From positions 103,430 through 167,429 of the forward strand of contig CAIOAT010000013.1 of NCBI GenBank assembly GCA_903856085.1: a stretch of 64,000 bases of DNA, written 5' to 3'. Under the pieces are notes generated by a model that did no database searches, had not been told where the DNA came from, and saw nothing but the letters and a program-made list of their open reading frames with translations. The position numbers and the translations under genes were made by a program. This document shows, piece by piece, positions 30,907 through 40,790 of the stretch (the first letter of the stretch is position 1; each line of letters starts with the position of its first letter). The DNA is from Candidatus Omnitrophota bacterium (GTDB lineage: Bacteria > Omnitrophota > Omnitrophia > Omnitrophales > Aquincolibacteriaceae).

Positions 30907-31883
30907 TATTTCACCGCCTTTTTGATCCGGTCGATCACACAGATCGACATCGGATCGACGTTGTAAAGTTTTGCAAGCTCACAACTCGTCCAGTCCCCGA
31001 GCATCACCATGGAAAAAATACGGGCCAGGGCGCCCTCGCCCCGCGCCTTGAATTCCGCAAATTCAGCGCCATGCTCCTGGATCGCGTTCATCGCGACCTT
31101 CTTTTTCTTGCGAAGCCACTGGGGCTCATTCCGATCCGTCAGAAAAACAGCAACCGAACGCTTGACCTTGAATTTCGGGAAAACCCAACCCTCGACCTCA
31201 TGATGGAACATCTCAGGCAACGCCTCGCACGACGCAAGTGTCTTTGCGTTCTCCGCGAACTGTGTACGCCACCGAAGCGCCACGGATTGCATCAAACCAC
31301 CCCCGTAAATCGCGATATTCTTGCCGAAAAGCCTCTTGGCGAGTTTGCGCGCTTCTCCTTCTGGAAAATGACGGACTCTTTTGAGCACTTCCAGAATCTC
31401 TTTTTCGGAGACCGAAAACCACCGGTAGCGCATAAAAAGAAAAAGAAGCGAAAAGGTCGTATACCCGATCGCAAAACGCGGCGGATACCCCTGCGGCAAA
31501 CGGAAAAGCGGGATCTTCCTCTTAAGGGCTTCCTCCGCAAGCCATCCCCCGGACGCCACAACAAGGAAATGTGCTTTTCTCGCGACCGCCTGCTCGAAGA
31601 TCGATTCGACTTCGTGGGTATTCCCGGAATAGCTGGAAAGGATCACGATCGTTTTGGAATCAACCCATTCGGGAAGACGCGAGGTCCGGTTTACCGTCCA
31701 ATGGATACGCGAACGACTCTGTGCGATGGTCCCGAGAATGTCCCCGCTGATAGCGGAACCCCCCATCCCGCAATAAAGGACCTTCTCCGGTCTTTTAATG
31801 AATGAGGCTGGAAGACTAATACCCTTGGCAATTGCACGCGCCTTCACAATCTGATGGGCCAAATCCTTGAGATAGGCTTCCAT
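30906..31883 (-). CDS. Bifunctional phosphoglucose/phosphomannose isomerase (SIS domain)
   Basis: CGMGGSAISG, SYSGNTHE, PPRFA, RWRTQFAENAK, PEMFHHE. Confidence 0.88.
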   Translation of the reverse strand: MEAYLKDLAHQIVKARAIAKGISLPASFIKRPEKVLYCGMGGSAISGDILGTIAQSRSRIHWTVNRTSRLPEWVDSKTIVILSSYSGNTHEVESIFEQAVARKAHFLVVASGGWLAEEALKRKIPLFRLPQGYPPRFAIGYTTFSLLFLFMRYRWFSVSEKEILEVLKRVRHFPEGEARKLAKRLFGKNIAIYGGGLMQSVALRWRTQFAENAKTLASCEALPEMFHHEVEGWVFPKFKVKRSVAVFLTDRNEPQWLRKKKKVAMNAIQEHGAEFAEFKARGEGALARIFSMVMLGDWTSCELAKLYNVDPMSICVIDRIKKAVK

Positions 31884-33631
31884 TATTCGTCGGCAAGCTC
31901 CTCGCAAACGTCTTTGAGTCGCTCTTTCAGAAAAGCATAGGTCTCTTTGCCGGTGTGGAACGCGAGAGATTTTTGGGCAATCTCCTTGGCATCGGAATAA
32001 CGGATCGAACGGATCGCTTTCTTAATCTTAGGCAACATCACAGGACTGGCGCTGATCTCATCGATCCCGAGCCCCACCAAGAGAATCGCGATCGCCGGAT
32101 CCGAGGACATTTCTCCGCAACTTCCCACCCAAATATTGTGGCCGTGCCCGTTCCGGATCGTTAGATCGATCAGACGAATAATCGCGGGATGGGTCGGCTC
32201 ATAAAGATGCGCTATCTTCTCGTTCATGCGATCGATCGCGAGCACATACTGGATCAGATCATTCGTCCCGAGGGAAAAGAAATCCACTTCCTTCGCCAAA
32301 ACATCACTAGCCAGTGCGGCCGAAGGGATCTCGATCATGGCTCCGACATCAATGTTCTTATTAAAAGGGAGACCTTCTTTTTCAAGTTCAGCCTTTGCTT
32401 CATTTAAGATCTCACGTGCGGCACGAACCTCGTAAACGCCCGTAATCATCGGATACATGATCTTCAGGTTCCCATGCGCACTCGCCCGAAGAATCGCTCG
32501 AAGCTGAGTCTTAAAGATATCCGTGCGCGTCAGACAGAAACGGATGGCACGCCAGCCGAGATAGGGATTCATCTCGTGAGGGATTTCGAGCGTGGAAACG
32601 AACTTATCCCCACCGAGATCGAGGGTGCGGATCACCACCGCATGCGGATGCATCGTCTCCGCAACCTTGCGATAAGCTTCGTATTGTTCTTGTTCGGTCG
32701 GCAGCGTCGACCGGTTCATGTAAAAATATTCCGTGCGGAAAAGCCCGACACCGTCGCCGCCGTGAGAAATGACCGAGGATACCTCGTGGTGGAATTCGAT
32801 ATTAGCCGCAAGGGTGATGCGTTTTCCATCCAGCGTTTCAGCCGGAAGGTCGCGCAATTTATCGAGCTCTCCGGTAAGTTGGATGAACCGGTTCCCCTGA
32901 GAGTTAAATTTATCAATGGTCGCCTGATCGGGATTAATGACCACGACCCCATGCGTCCCGTCTACGATGATCGTATCCTCGTCCTGAAGCTCATTAATAA
33001 TCTTGTCGAGCCCCACGATGGCCGGGATCTCCAGTGAACGGCCCAGGATCGCCGTGTGCGACGTCGGCCCGCCAATTTCGGTCACAAACGCCATCACTTT
33101 TTTCCGGTCGAGCGAAGCCGTATCCGACGGCGAAAGATCGTGGGAGGCGATAATCACTTTCCCCTGAAATTCTTCCAGCCTCTTTTTCTCCTCGCCGCAG
33201 AGATTCGCGAGAAGACGCTTGCCCACATCGCGAATGTCCGAAATGCGTTCTTTAAGATACTCGTCGTTGATCTGGGAAAAGGCCTGAAAATAGCGTTGGA
33301 TCACAGCCGCAAAGGCGTATTCTGCCCCGACCTTTTCGTTTTTGATCACTTCGATCACATCTTCGATCAGAGTCCGGTCTTCGAGGATCAGAAGGTGCGC
33401 TGTGAAGATATCCGAGCTCTCCCGGCCGATCTGATCCGAAAGTTTCCGGCGGATACTGAGGATCTCGGTACGAGTGCGCGTAAGAGCCTCTTCAAAGCGA
33501 GCGATCTCATTGGAGATCTGCTCGGGACCTACGGACCGTTTGGGAAGATTGAAGGATCCGCCACTATGCAGGATAAACACCTTCCCGATCGCGATGCCGG
33601 GCGACGCCCCGATCCCTTTGTATTCTTTCAT
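31883..33631 (-). CDS. ptsI: PEP-protein phosphotransferase (PTS enzyme I)
   Basis: GGPTSHTAIL, GLFRTE, RTLDLGGDK, NPYLGWRAIR, MIEIPSA, GTNDLIQY, CGEM. Confidence 0.97.
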   Translation of the reverse strand: MKEYKGIGASPGIAIGKVFILHSGGSFNLPKRSVGPEQISNEIARFEEALTRTRTEILSIRRKLSDQIGRESSDIFTAHLLILEDRTLIEDVIEVIKNEKVGAEYAFAAVIQRYFQAFSQINDEYLKERISDIRDVGKRLLANLCGEEKKRLEEFQGKVIIASHDLSPSDTASLDRKKVMAFVTEIGGPTSHTAILGRSLEIPAIVGLDKIINELQDEDTIIVDGTHGVVVINPDQATIDKFNSQGNRFIQLTGELDKLRDLPAETLDGKRITLAANIEFHHEVSSVISHGGDGVGLFRTEYFYMNRSTLPTEQEQYEAYRKVAETMHPHAVVIRTLDLGGDKFVSTLEIPHEMNPYLGWRAIRFCLTRTDIFKTQLRAILRASAHGNLKIMYPMITGVYEVRAAREILNEAKAELEKEGLPFNKNIDVGAMIEIPSAALASDVLAKEVDFFSLGTNDLIQYVLAIDRMNEKIAHLYEPTHPAIIRLIDLTIRNGHGHNIWVGSCGEMSSDPAIAILLVGLGIDEISASPVMLPKIKKAIRSIRYSDAKEIAQKSLAFHTGKETYAFLKERLKDVCEELADE

Positions 33632-33635
33632 ATCA

Positions 33636-33932
33636 TTATTCTCCGAAATTAGATTCTATAAGCTTGGCCAACGATTCCATGGCCGCCGCGGCATCTTTAC
33701 CCGCCGTGCGCACCGTGATGGAAGAACCCACTTCCGCCGCGAGCGTCATAATCCCCATGATCGATTTTCCGTCGATCTTGAGATCTTCTTTTTGAACCTC
33801 GACTGATGCCTCAAAGCGGTTCGCGGTCTGAACAAAAACCGCGGCAGGCCGGGCGTGAAGCCCCAGTTTATTGCCGATCACGAAGGTCCGTTCGACCGGC
33901 GCTGGCTCATTTTTTTTCTGTCGTTTCGTCAT
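33636..33932 (-). CDS. ptsH: HPr phosphocarrier protein
   Basis: GLHARPAA (His15), GKSIMGIM (Ser46). Confidence 0.96.
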   Translation of the reverse strand: MTKRQKKNEPAPVERTFVIGNKLGLHARPAAVFVQTANRFEASVEVQKEDLKIDGKSIMGIMTLAAEVGSSITVRTAGKDAAAAMESLAKLIESNFGE

Positions 33933-34033
33933 GATTCTCCTTAAGCAAAAATAAAACGGTCACTAGGAATGCCGAAATTTTTTATTTCTTTTACGAAGGG
34001 GTCGCTTGACAGCCCCATGACAACTTCACCGAA

Positions 34034-35293
34034 TCATTCTTCCGTCCGTTCGGCATTTTCCTTGTAGTGCTCCAAAACAAGTTTCATCAAACGCTCCGAA
34101 TCATGGCGAACCTGCTCCCCCGCCTGAAGCACATCCCCCTGGATGATTTGGTAACCTTTTTCTTGGATCTTCTCAATATCTAACTTAACCGGCGTAGCGC
34201 CCTGCTTGGCATACCGTTGTAGCATCGCCTCTGGGATGGTCGCCGTGTTCACGAAACAAGCATCCACGATCCTCGGGTCCGTATGCTCCAGGATCACGTT
34301 CAAATGGTCCCACGCGCTCATCCCCGTGGTCTCACCGGGTTGCGTCATCACGTTCATGATGTAAACCTTATACGCATCGGACCGGAGCACTGCATCGCGA
34401 ATGTCTTTGATCAAAAGATTTGGCAGAATGCTGGTATAAAGACTTCCCGGACCCATGAGCACGAGGTCCGCGATCTCGATCGCGTCCAGGGCTTCCTGGC
34501 AAGCTTTACAATCATCCGGCCGGAGACGAATGCTGCGAAGCGGTTTTTTTAGATCTGTGATGTTCGTCTCGCCTTCGACCGATGTCCCATCCATAAATTC
34601 GCCTACCAACGTCACTTTTTCAAGCGTCGACGGGAGCACCCGTCCTCGGATGGCCAAAACTTTGCTGGATTCCGCAATCGCTTTTTCGAAATCGCCGGTC
34701 ACCTTCGAAAGGGCAGTAATAAAAAGATTCCCGAAGCTGTGTCCCTTCAGCCCTTCTCCGAGATCGAACCGGTATTGAAAAAGATCGCGTATGAGCGGCC
34801 CGGCATCGGCAAGGGCGACCAGACAGTTCCGGATATCGCCCGGCGGCAGCACATCCATTTCATCGCGCAAACGACCGGAACTTCCGCCCGTGTCCGTCAC
34901 CGTCACGATCGCGGTAATATTGCTCGTAAACGTTTTGATCCCTGAAAGCATGGTACTTAAACCGGTTCCACCGCCGATCGCCACAACACGCGGTCCATGC
35001 AACAAGGACTCCACCCGCCGCTTCTGGTAAACAATATCCACAAGCGAATCGTTCCCGTTCAAAGGCATCAGCGCCCGCACGAAGATCCGGACCATGTTTT
35101 TGATCGAGGTATAGATAAGAAAAATCCCGAGGATCAAAAGCGCCGTCGCAAACGAGGCCAGCATGACGCTCGTCTTGGACATGGTCTGCACAGTCAAAAG
35201 GGCCACCAACACAATAAATCCAAGACCCAACGCGCAGAGAAAGATCCACCGTTTGATCCCGATGCCAGGATACAACCACTTAAAGAATTTCAT
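34034..35293 (-). CDS. yvcK: YvcK/GlmR (UPF0052) UDP-GlcNAc-binding protein with N-terminal TM segments
   Basis: WLYPGIGIKRW, IGGGTGL, DTGGSSGRLR, PPGDIRNC, GHSFGNL, GPGSLYTS, MTQPGET. Confidence 0.93.
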   Translation of the reverse strand: MKFFKWLYPGIGIKRWIFLCALGLGFIVLVALLTVQTMSKTSVMLASFATALLILGIFLIYTSIKNMVRIFVRALMPLNGNDSLVDIVYQKRRVESLLHGPRVVAIGGGTGLSTMLSGIKTFTSNITAIVTVTDTGGSSGRLRDEMDVLPPGDIRNCLVALADAGPLIRDLFQYRFDLGEGLKGHSFGNLFITALSKVTGDFEKAIAESSKVLAIRGRVLPSTLEKVTLVGEFMDGTSVEGETNITDLKKPLRSIRLRPDDCKACQEALDAIEIADLVLMGPGSLYTSILPNLLIKDIRDAVLRSDAYKVYIMNVMTQPGETTGMSAWDHLNVILEHTDPRIVDACFVNTATIPEAMLQRYAKQGATPVKLDIEKIQEKGYQIIQGDVLQAGEQVRHDSERLMKLVLEHYKENAERTEE

Positions 35294-35320
35294 AGAAGGT
35301 TACCGCGGAGCCGGTCCGAA

Positions 35321-35785
35321 TCAGACCTTCCGATTTTCTTCTTTTGCGATCAGGTCAAAAATGTCTTTTGGCGTCTTGCACTTCCTGATAAGTTCGCAAA
35401 AATAAGTGTCCCTGAGAAGTCTTGAAATCTGTGCCAACGCCTTGAGATGCGGTCCGGCGGTGTCTTTGGGCGCGACAAGCAGGAACAGAATGTAGACCGG
35501 TTCCCCGTCCAACGCTTCAAAGTTCACGCCTTTGCGACTTACGCCGAGCACGGCCACGAGTCCGTCCACTTTATCGGTCTTTCCGTGCGGGATCGCGATC
35601 CCCTGCCCGATACCTGTCGAGCCAAGGTTCTCACGCTCGATCAGAGCGCGCAGGATGTTTTTTTTATCCCCCACGTCTTTGACCTCGGCCAAAAGATCGA
35701 CCATTTCCTTGAGAATGCCTTCTTTGTCGGTCGCGTCTAAATCGACCTTGATGCCTTTGACGTTGAGAAAATCGGTGATCTTCAT
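35321..35785 (-). CDS. ptsN: PTS EIIA (Ntr/Fru-type)
   Basis: ERENLGSTGIGQGIAIPHG, FEALDGEPV, HLKALAQISRLL. Confidence 0.9.
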   Translation of the reverse strand: MKITDFLNVKGIKVDLDATDKEGILKEMVDLLAEVKDVGDKKNILRALIERENLGSTGIGQGIAIPHGKTDKVDGLVAVLGVSRKGVNFEALDGEPVYILFLLVAPKDTAGPHLKALAQISRLLRDTYFCELIRKCKTPKDIFDLIAKEENRKV

Positions 35786-35820
35786 GGATGTATTCCTCCG
35801 GATTTAAAAAGGTTTCGGAA

Positions 35821-36378
35821 CTAGAACCCGGGCTCGATGAGCCCGTGATTCCCGTCCTTGCGCTTATGGATCACATTCACACCCTGGGTATTCTGATTCA
35901 TGAAAACAAGAAAGGTCTCCGGAGAGATTTCCAGCTGAAGACTGGCCTCTTCCACCGACATCGGCTTGGACGCGAACGCCGAGGAACGAACGATCTTTGG
36001 ATGGTCCTCGGGCAGAATACTTTCCACGTCGAGCATTCCGAGAGCCCGAGCGATCTTCGCCGACGTCTTGGCACTTTTATTATGATGGCCCTTGGACTTC
36101 GAGCGGAATTTCTTCAGCTGTTTCTCGACGCGCTCATAGGCTTCATCCATCGCCGCAAAGATATTATCTTTGGCTTCGCCCATCCCGAAGGCATGGAAGT
36201 CCTTGGCCGCAAGCGTGATCTCCGCTTTAAAGATATAATTGTCTTTTTTAAGGAACACATGCGCCTCTACGATCCGAGGTGCGTATTTCTCGAATTTAGG
36301 GAGACGTTCCTCCAAATGCTCCTTCATCCCTTCCGTGATCTTAAGATTCTGTCCTGAAAAACGTATATCCACTGTCAT
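35821..36378 (-). CDS. hpf: Ribosome hibernation factor (long HPF/RaiA)
   Basis: GQNLKITEGMKEH, ERVEKQLKK, KPMSVEEASLQL, NVIHKRKDGNHGLIEP. Confidence 0.93.
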   Translation of the reverse strand: MTVDIRFSGQNLKITEGMKEHLEERLPKFEKYAPRIVEAHVFLKKDNYIFKAEITLAAKDFHAFGMGEAKDNIFAAMDEAYERVEKQLKKFRSKSKGHHNKSAKTSAKIARALGMLDVESILPEDHPKIVRSSAFASKPMSVEEASLQLEISPETFLVFMNQNTQGVNVIHKRKDGNHGLIEPGF

Positions 36379-36427
36379 TTCCTCCTTAAGGGTCTTTGAT
36401 GGATCGCTTCAAAACGCGGGTATCGGA

Positions 36428-37153
36428 TTACGCTAAAGTAAACCTCTCTCCAAGATAAATCTCTCTGGCCTTGGCATCGGAGGCAAGAAATTCCGAGGTC
36501 CCGGAGACCTCGACCTTGCCCTCGAAAAGAAGATAAGAACGGTCGGTGATGGAAAGCGTTTCGCGGACACTGTGGTCCGTCAATAAAATGCTGAGGCCCT
36601 GGGCCTTAAGCCGCTGAAGGATCTTCTGCACTTCAAAAACCGCGATGGGATCTACCCCGCTGAAGGGTTCATCCAAAAGAATGAGGGAGGGGTTTGTCAC
36701 GAGCGCACGCGTGATCTCAAGACGTCGTCGTTCGCCGCCGGAAAGCGTGTAGGCCTTGTTCTTCGCGAGATAGGCAATATCAAGATCGCTTAGAAGCCGC
36801 TTGAGACGACGATCGCGTTCTTCCTGAGGGATCTCCAACGTTTCCAAGATCGCCATGATATTCTCTTCTACGGTGAGCTTGCGGAAAATGGACGGTTCCT
36901 GAGAAAGATAACCGATCCCGAGCCGGGCTCTTTCAAACATCGGGAGGTTCGTGATGTCTTCACCGCGGAAAAGGATCTGCCCGGATTCCGGACGGATGAC
37001 CCCGACCACCATATAAAAAGACGTCGTCTTACCCGCGCCGTTCGGACCCAGAAGGCCCACGATCTCGCCACGCGAGATCTGGATACTCACACCCTTGACG
37101 ACCGTACGACCTTTGTAGCTTTTCGTCAGATGTTTCGTCTCAAGCAAATTCAT
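36428..37153 (-). CDS. lptB: LPS export ABC transporter ATP-binding protein
   Basis: GPNGAGKTTSFY, GYLSQEPSIFRKLTVEEN, LSGGERRR, DEPFSGVDP, TDHSVRETL. Confidence 0.96.
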   Translation of the reverse strand: MNLLETKHLTKSYKGRTVVKGVSIQISRGEIVGLLGPNGAGKTTSFYMVVGVIRPESGQILFRGEDITNLPMFERARLGIGYLSQEPSIFRKLTVEENIMAILETLEIPQEERDRRLKRLLSDLDIAYLAKNKAYTLSGGERRRLEITRALVTNPSLILLDEPFSGVDPIAVFEVQKILQRLKAQGLSILLTDHSVRETLSITDRSYLLFEGKVEVSGTSEFLASDAKAREIYLGERFTLA

Positions 37154-37155
37154 GG

Positions 37156-38040
37156 TCAGAGCACTCCCTTCCCGAGAGTTTTATTAGCATCCCCACTAAA
37201 ATAAAGAGCCTCCGTATCTCCGCCCAGAATGATCCGCCCTTCATCCGCCAGATAGATCACGCTATCCGAGTAGGTCTTGTTTCCGTCAGGATTCTCGATT
37301 ACCACATCCCCCACAGACACGATTTTTGAAACACGACGGCTCACACGATTGTAGTAAACGTCCATTGTGTCGGCCGTAAGCTTCCCGCGAGAGTCCTGGG
37401 CCACGACGTTATCTCTAAAATGCGCAATGTTTTTTTCGTAGTCGACCACAAGGGTCCCGTCACAGGTGATGGTCGTGGGTCCGGTCTCTTTATCTTCCAT
37501 ATTCTGCACCACGACTGTTACGTTTTTTTGAAATTTCACTTTTTTCAGGTTCGTCTCTGCCCGGGCGCCGGTGCCTTCCACGTTAATATTGTCCTTCTTG
37601 ACCTGCGTCGGCAAATCGGTCTCCACAATGTGTTCCGAGGGGCTCATATCCAGAGCCTCGGTCACAAGCCTCGTCCCGTCATCGGTCGTAGCCACAACAT
37701 TTTTCTCAAGATGAATCTTGTTCTTTTTCTTGTCATATTTTCCGCGGTCCGCCGTTACGGTCACGGGAACTTCCTCGGCATACGCCTTAGCCATCACATT
37801 CATGAGCTGCACCGTATTGGAAAGAATATCCGCAGAATCCCCTTCGATCTCGATTTCGCGCTGCCCCTCGGGCGTATACTTGGTAAATGAAAAAGAGAAG
37901 ATCTTTTGCGGTTTCTGCGCAGAAGGCTGCTGAACCCCCTGCTCGGCCCTCTGCTTGCGGGTAATGACCACCTGCACCTGAACGAAGAACACATAGAACA
38001 CCACAAGCGCGACAAAGATAAAAACAAGACGTTTGATCAT
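37156..38040 (-). CDS. lptC: LptC-LptA/OstA fusion-like LPS export protein
   Basis: N-terminal TM; LptC-like (TADRGKYD...LEKNVV) then OstA-like (TITCDG..., FRDNVVA, LTADTMDVYY); directly upstream of lptB. Confidence 0.8.
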   Translation of the reverse strand: MIKRLVFIFVALVVFYVFFVQVQVVITRKQRAEQGVQQPSAQKPQKIFSFSFTKYTPEGQREIEIEGDSADILSNTVQLMNVMAKAYAEEVPVTVTADRGKYDKKKNKIHLEKNVVATTDDGTRLVTEALDMSPSEHIVETDLPTQVKKDNINVEGTGARAETNLKKVKFQKNVTVVVQNMEDKETGPTTITCDGTLVVDYEKNIAHFRDNVVAQDSRGKLTADTMDVYYNRVSRRVSKIVSVGDVVIENPDGNKTYSDSVIYLADEGRIILGGDTEALYFSGDANKTLGKGVL

Positions 38041-38070
38041 GAGCGTTTCACTGTTCCCTTAAGTTCCGAC

Positions 38071-38982
38071 TCAAACTCTCTCGTCGGGCTTCGTTTTCCA
38101 GCGATCATGCATCCATCCCCATTGGTCAGGGTAACGGCGAATCACTTCTTCAAAATCTTTCATCCAGGCTTCGGTGTATTTCCGGATCGAGGCGGTCCGG
38201 TCTCCCGCTTCGATCTGCGGCCTGATCAACTTCCCCAAAAGGAGCTTGTAGCGATTCCCAGGCATCCGGATCATAAAAGCCGGAAGGATCGGCGCCCCCG
38301 AAGCCATCGCGAATTTCACCGGCGCCACAGACGTATAAGCCGGTCGTCCAAAAAAATCCACAAAAATACTCCGCACTCTATCTCTGTCCTGGTCCGGCAA
38401 AATTCCGACAATGTCTCCGGCTCTCAACTGCTTATAGACCTGACGGACGGCTTCATCCTGATAGATGGTCCGAACATTGACGGCGCTTCGCAAACCCACG
38501 ATCCACCGATTATAGGGCTCATAATAGATTCTGCGGCCAATGACGGCACCTTTGAAACCCTGCAAACAAAAAGTTCCGGCCAAAAGTTCCCAGTTGCCCA
38601 GGTGCGCCGTCATTATAATGAGCCCTCTCCCTTCTTGCAAAATATCTTTGCAGAAAGAATAGGCATCGCCGACCTCCACGATCGAGGCCACCTGATCACT
38701 AGAAAGAGTAGCAAAACGCAGGAAATCCACCGCCGTCTGGAGCATGTGCCCCATCACCCGCCGACCGATTGTTTCCAACTCCGCGAGACTTTTCGTGTCG
38801 CCGTACGCCAGCTTCAGATTCTCAAGGATCTTCGTTCTTTGGCGCAAAACGAACCGGTATCCCCAATGCCCGACCTTGTTCGCGAACGCCAGGGCCCAAC
38901 TGCGCGGCAGGACTAACAGAAGCCCCGCCCCCAGTCTCGCTAAAAGATAAAGGGGATAACGATAGAACTTGCGCTTGGCCAT
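38071..38982 (-). CDS. Lipid A biosynthesis late acyltransferase (LpxL/HtrB family)
   Basis: TAHLGNWE, LPDQD, FFGRPAYT, PDQWGWMHDRWK. Confidence 0.92.
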   Translation of the reverse strand: MAKRKFYRYPLYLLARLGAGLLLVLPRSWALAFANKVGHWGYRFVLRQRTKILENLKLAYGDTKSLAELETIGRRVMGHMLQTAVDFLRFATLSSDQVASIVEVGDAYSFCKDILQEGRGLIIMTAHLGNWELLAGTFCLQGFKGAVIGRRIYYEPYNRWIVGLRSAVNVRTIYQDEAVRQVYKQLRAGDIVGILPDQDRDRVRSIFVDFFGRPAYTSVAPVKFAMASGAPILPAFMIRMPGNRYKLLLGKLIRPQIEAGDRTASIRKYTEAWMKDFEEVIRRYPDQWGWMHDRWKTKPDERV

Positions 38983-38989
38983 AGGCGGA

Positions 38990-39961
38990 TCAAACCCGTC
39001 CCGCCCTCATAAGATCCTGAACGTCCAGGAGGCCTACGACGCGTCGGGATTTGTCCACCACCGGCAATTCATCGATGCGAAGAGACTCCATGATATGGAA
39101 TGCTTCTTCCGCAAGCTTTTCCTTCTGGATATAACGGGGTTTCAGCGTGGCTAATTGGGCCACAGGCCGACTCAAGATCTTTTCGCCCTTGGATTTAAGA
39201 TGACGACGGAGATCTCCGTCGGTAAAAACGCCCACAAGTTTTCCGCGAGCATCCACGATCGTACAGCTACCGGCCCGCGAGGCCGTGATCTTAAGAAGCG
39301 CCTGACGCACCGTGGTCTTCACTCCCACCAGCGGATTCGCTTTCCCCGTACGCATGATCTCCCCGACTTTAAGCAACCTCCTGCCAAGACTTCCCGCAGG
39401 ATGCAATTCCGCGAAATCTTCAGAGCGAAAACCTTTTTTCTTGAGAAGCGAAAGCGCGAGCGCGTCCCCCATCGCAAGCGAAGCGGTCGTTGAAGCAGAA
39501 GGCGCTAAGTTCAACGGACAGGCCTCGCGCCGCACGCCGAGATCAAGAACCTTATCGGCATTTTTTCCAAGAGAGGATCCCGGAACGCTCGTCAAAGCGA
39601 CAAGTTTCACGCCTTTTTTCTTCAAAAGAGGCAAAAGCCTCACGATCTCTTCGCTTTCCCCGCTTTGCGAGATCGCGATCACGAGGTCCTTGGAAGTCAC
39701 CATGCCAAAATCACCATGGACCGCTTCGGCCGGATGAAGAAAAAAAGTGGGCGTCCCCGTTGACGCCATGGTCGCAGCGATCTTGCGGGCGATAAAACCA
39801 GGTTTTCCCATCCCGGTAAGAATCACGCGTCCTTTACATTCCGCCATCCATTCAACCACCGTCTCGAAATCCTCACCGATCCTGGAACGGAGTCGGGAGA
39901 TTGCCAGAGCTTCGATCCTAAGAACTTCTTTGGCGAGCCGTATCACATTGGACGTTTTCAT
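38990..39961 (-). CDS. kdsD: Arabinose-5-phosphate isomerase (KpsF/GutQ, SIS+CBS)
   Basis: TGMGKPG, STGTP, HPAEAVHGD, EACPLNLAP, HPAGSLG, CBS pair. Confidence 0.95.
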   Translation of the reverse strand: MKTSNVIRLAKEVLRIEALAISRLRSRIGEDFETVVEWMAECKGRVILTGMGKPGFIARKIAATMASTGTPTFFLHPAEAVHGDFGMVTSKDLVIAISQSGESEEIVRLLPLLKKKGVKLVALTSVPGSSLGKNADKVLDLGVRREACPLNLAPSASTTASLAMGDALALSLLKKKGFRSEDFAELHPAGSLGRRLLKVGEIMRTGKANPLVGVKTTVRQALLKITASRAGSCTIVDARGKLVGVFTDGDLRRHLKSKGEKILSRPVAQLATLKPRYIQKEKLAEEAFHIMESLRIDELPVVDKSRRVVGLLDVQDLMRAGRV

Positions 39962-39965
39962 CGTC

Positions 39966-40790
39966 TTAGTCTTCCGTCACGACGCATTTTTTTAATGCGA
40001 TCAATTTTTTGAGCAAGGGTTCCAATTGAGAAAGAGCGAGAGCATTCGGTCCGTCTGAAAGCGCCTTTTTAGGATCTTCATGGATCTCCATAAAAACGGC
40101 ATCCGCTCCGGCTACAACCGCACACCGCGAGAGCGTTGGAATGAATTCCGACATGCCGCCTGACGAAGTGCCCTTCCCTCCAGGAATCTGCACTGAATGT
40201 GTGGCGTCGTAGATCACAGGATACCCGAATCCGCGCATGATGGGAATCGCGCGAAAATCATTCACGAGGTTATTGTACCCAAAACTTGTACCACGTTCCG
40301 TGAGAAGAATCTTCTTGCATCCGACCTCTTCAAGTTTTTGAATCATGTTCTTGGCTTCCCACGGAGAAAGGAATTGTCCTTTTTTCACGTTCACGATCCT
40401 CCCCGTCGCCGCAGCCGCGAACAAAAGGTCGGTCTGGCGACAAAGGAACGCCGGGATCTGGAGAATATCCGCAACTTCGGCCACCGGCTCCGCTTGTTCG
40501 GGCGTGTGAAAATCCGTGAGAATGGGAAGTTTGAACTCTTTTTTGACGCGCGCAAGGATCGCGAGCCCCTTTTTAAGACCCGGACCGCGAAAGGAACGGA
40601 TCGAGGAGCGATTCGCCTTATCAAAGCTCGCTTTAAAAACATACGGGATCTTGAGCGCGCGGGTAATTTCCGAGATCTTTTTCGCAAGCCGCAGCGTGCC
40701 TTTTTCATCTTCAATCACACAGGGCCCGCCGATCAGGACGAGCTTTCGAGGATCTCCGAAGACGATGGATCTCAGAGCGACCTTATGCAT
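39966..40790 (-). CDS. kdsA: KDO 8-phosphate synthase
   Basis: [48 protein letters not shown]. Confidence 0.97.
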   Translation of the reverse strand: MHKVALRSIVFGDPRKLVLIGGPCVIEDEKGTLRLAKKISEITRALKIPYVFKASFDKANRSSIRSFRGPGLKKGLAILARVKKEFKLPILTDFHTPEQAEPVAEVADILQIPAFLCRQTDLLFAAAATGRIVNVKKGQFLSPWEAKNMIQKLEEVGCKKILLTERGTSFGYNNLVNDFRAIPIMRGFGYPVIYDATHSVQIPGGKGTSSGGMSEFIPTLSRCAVVAGADAVFMEIHEDPKKALSDGPNALALSQLEPLLKKLIALKKCVVTED

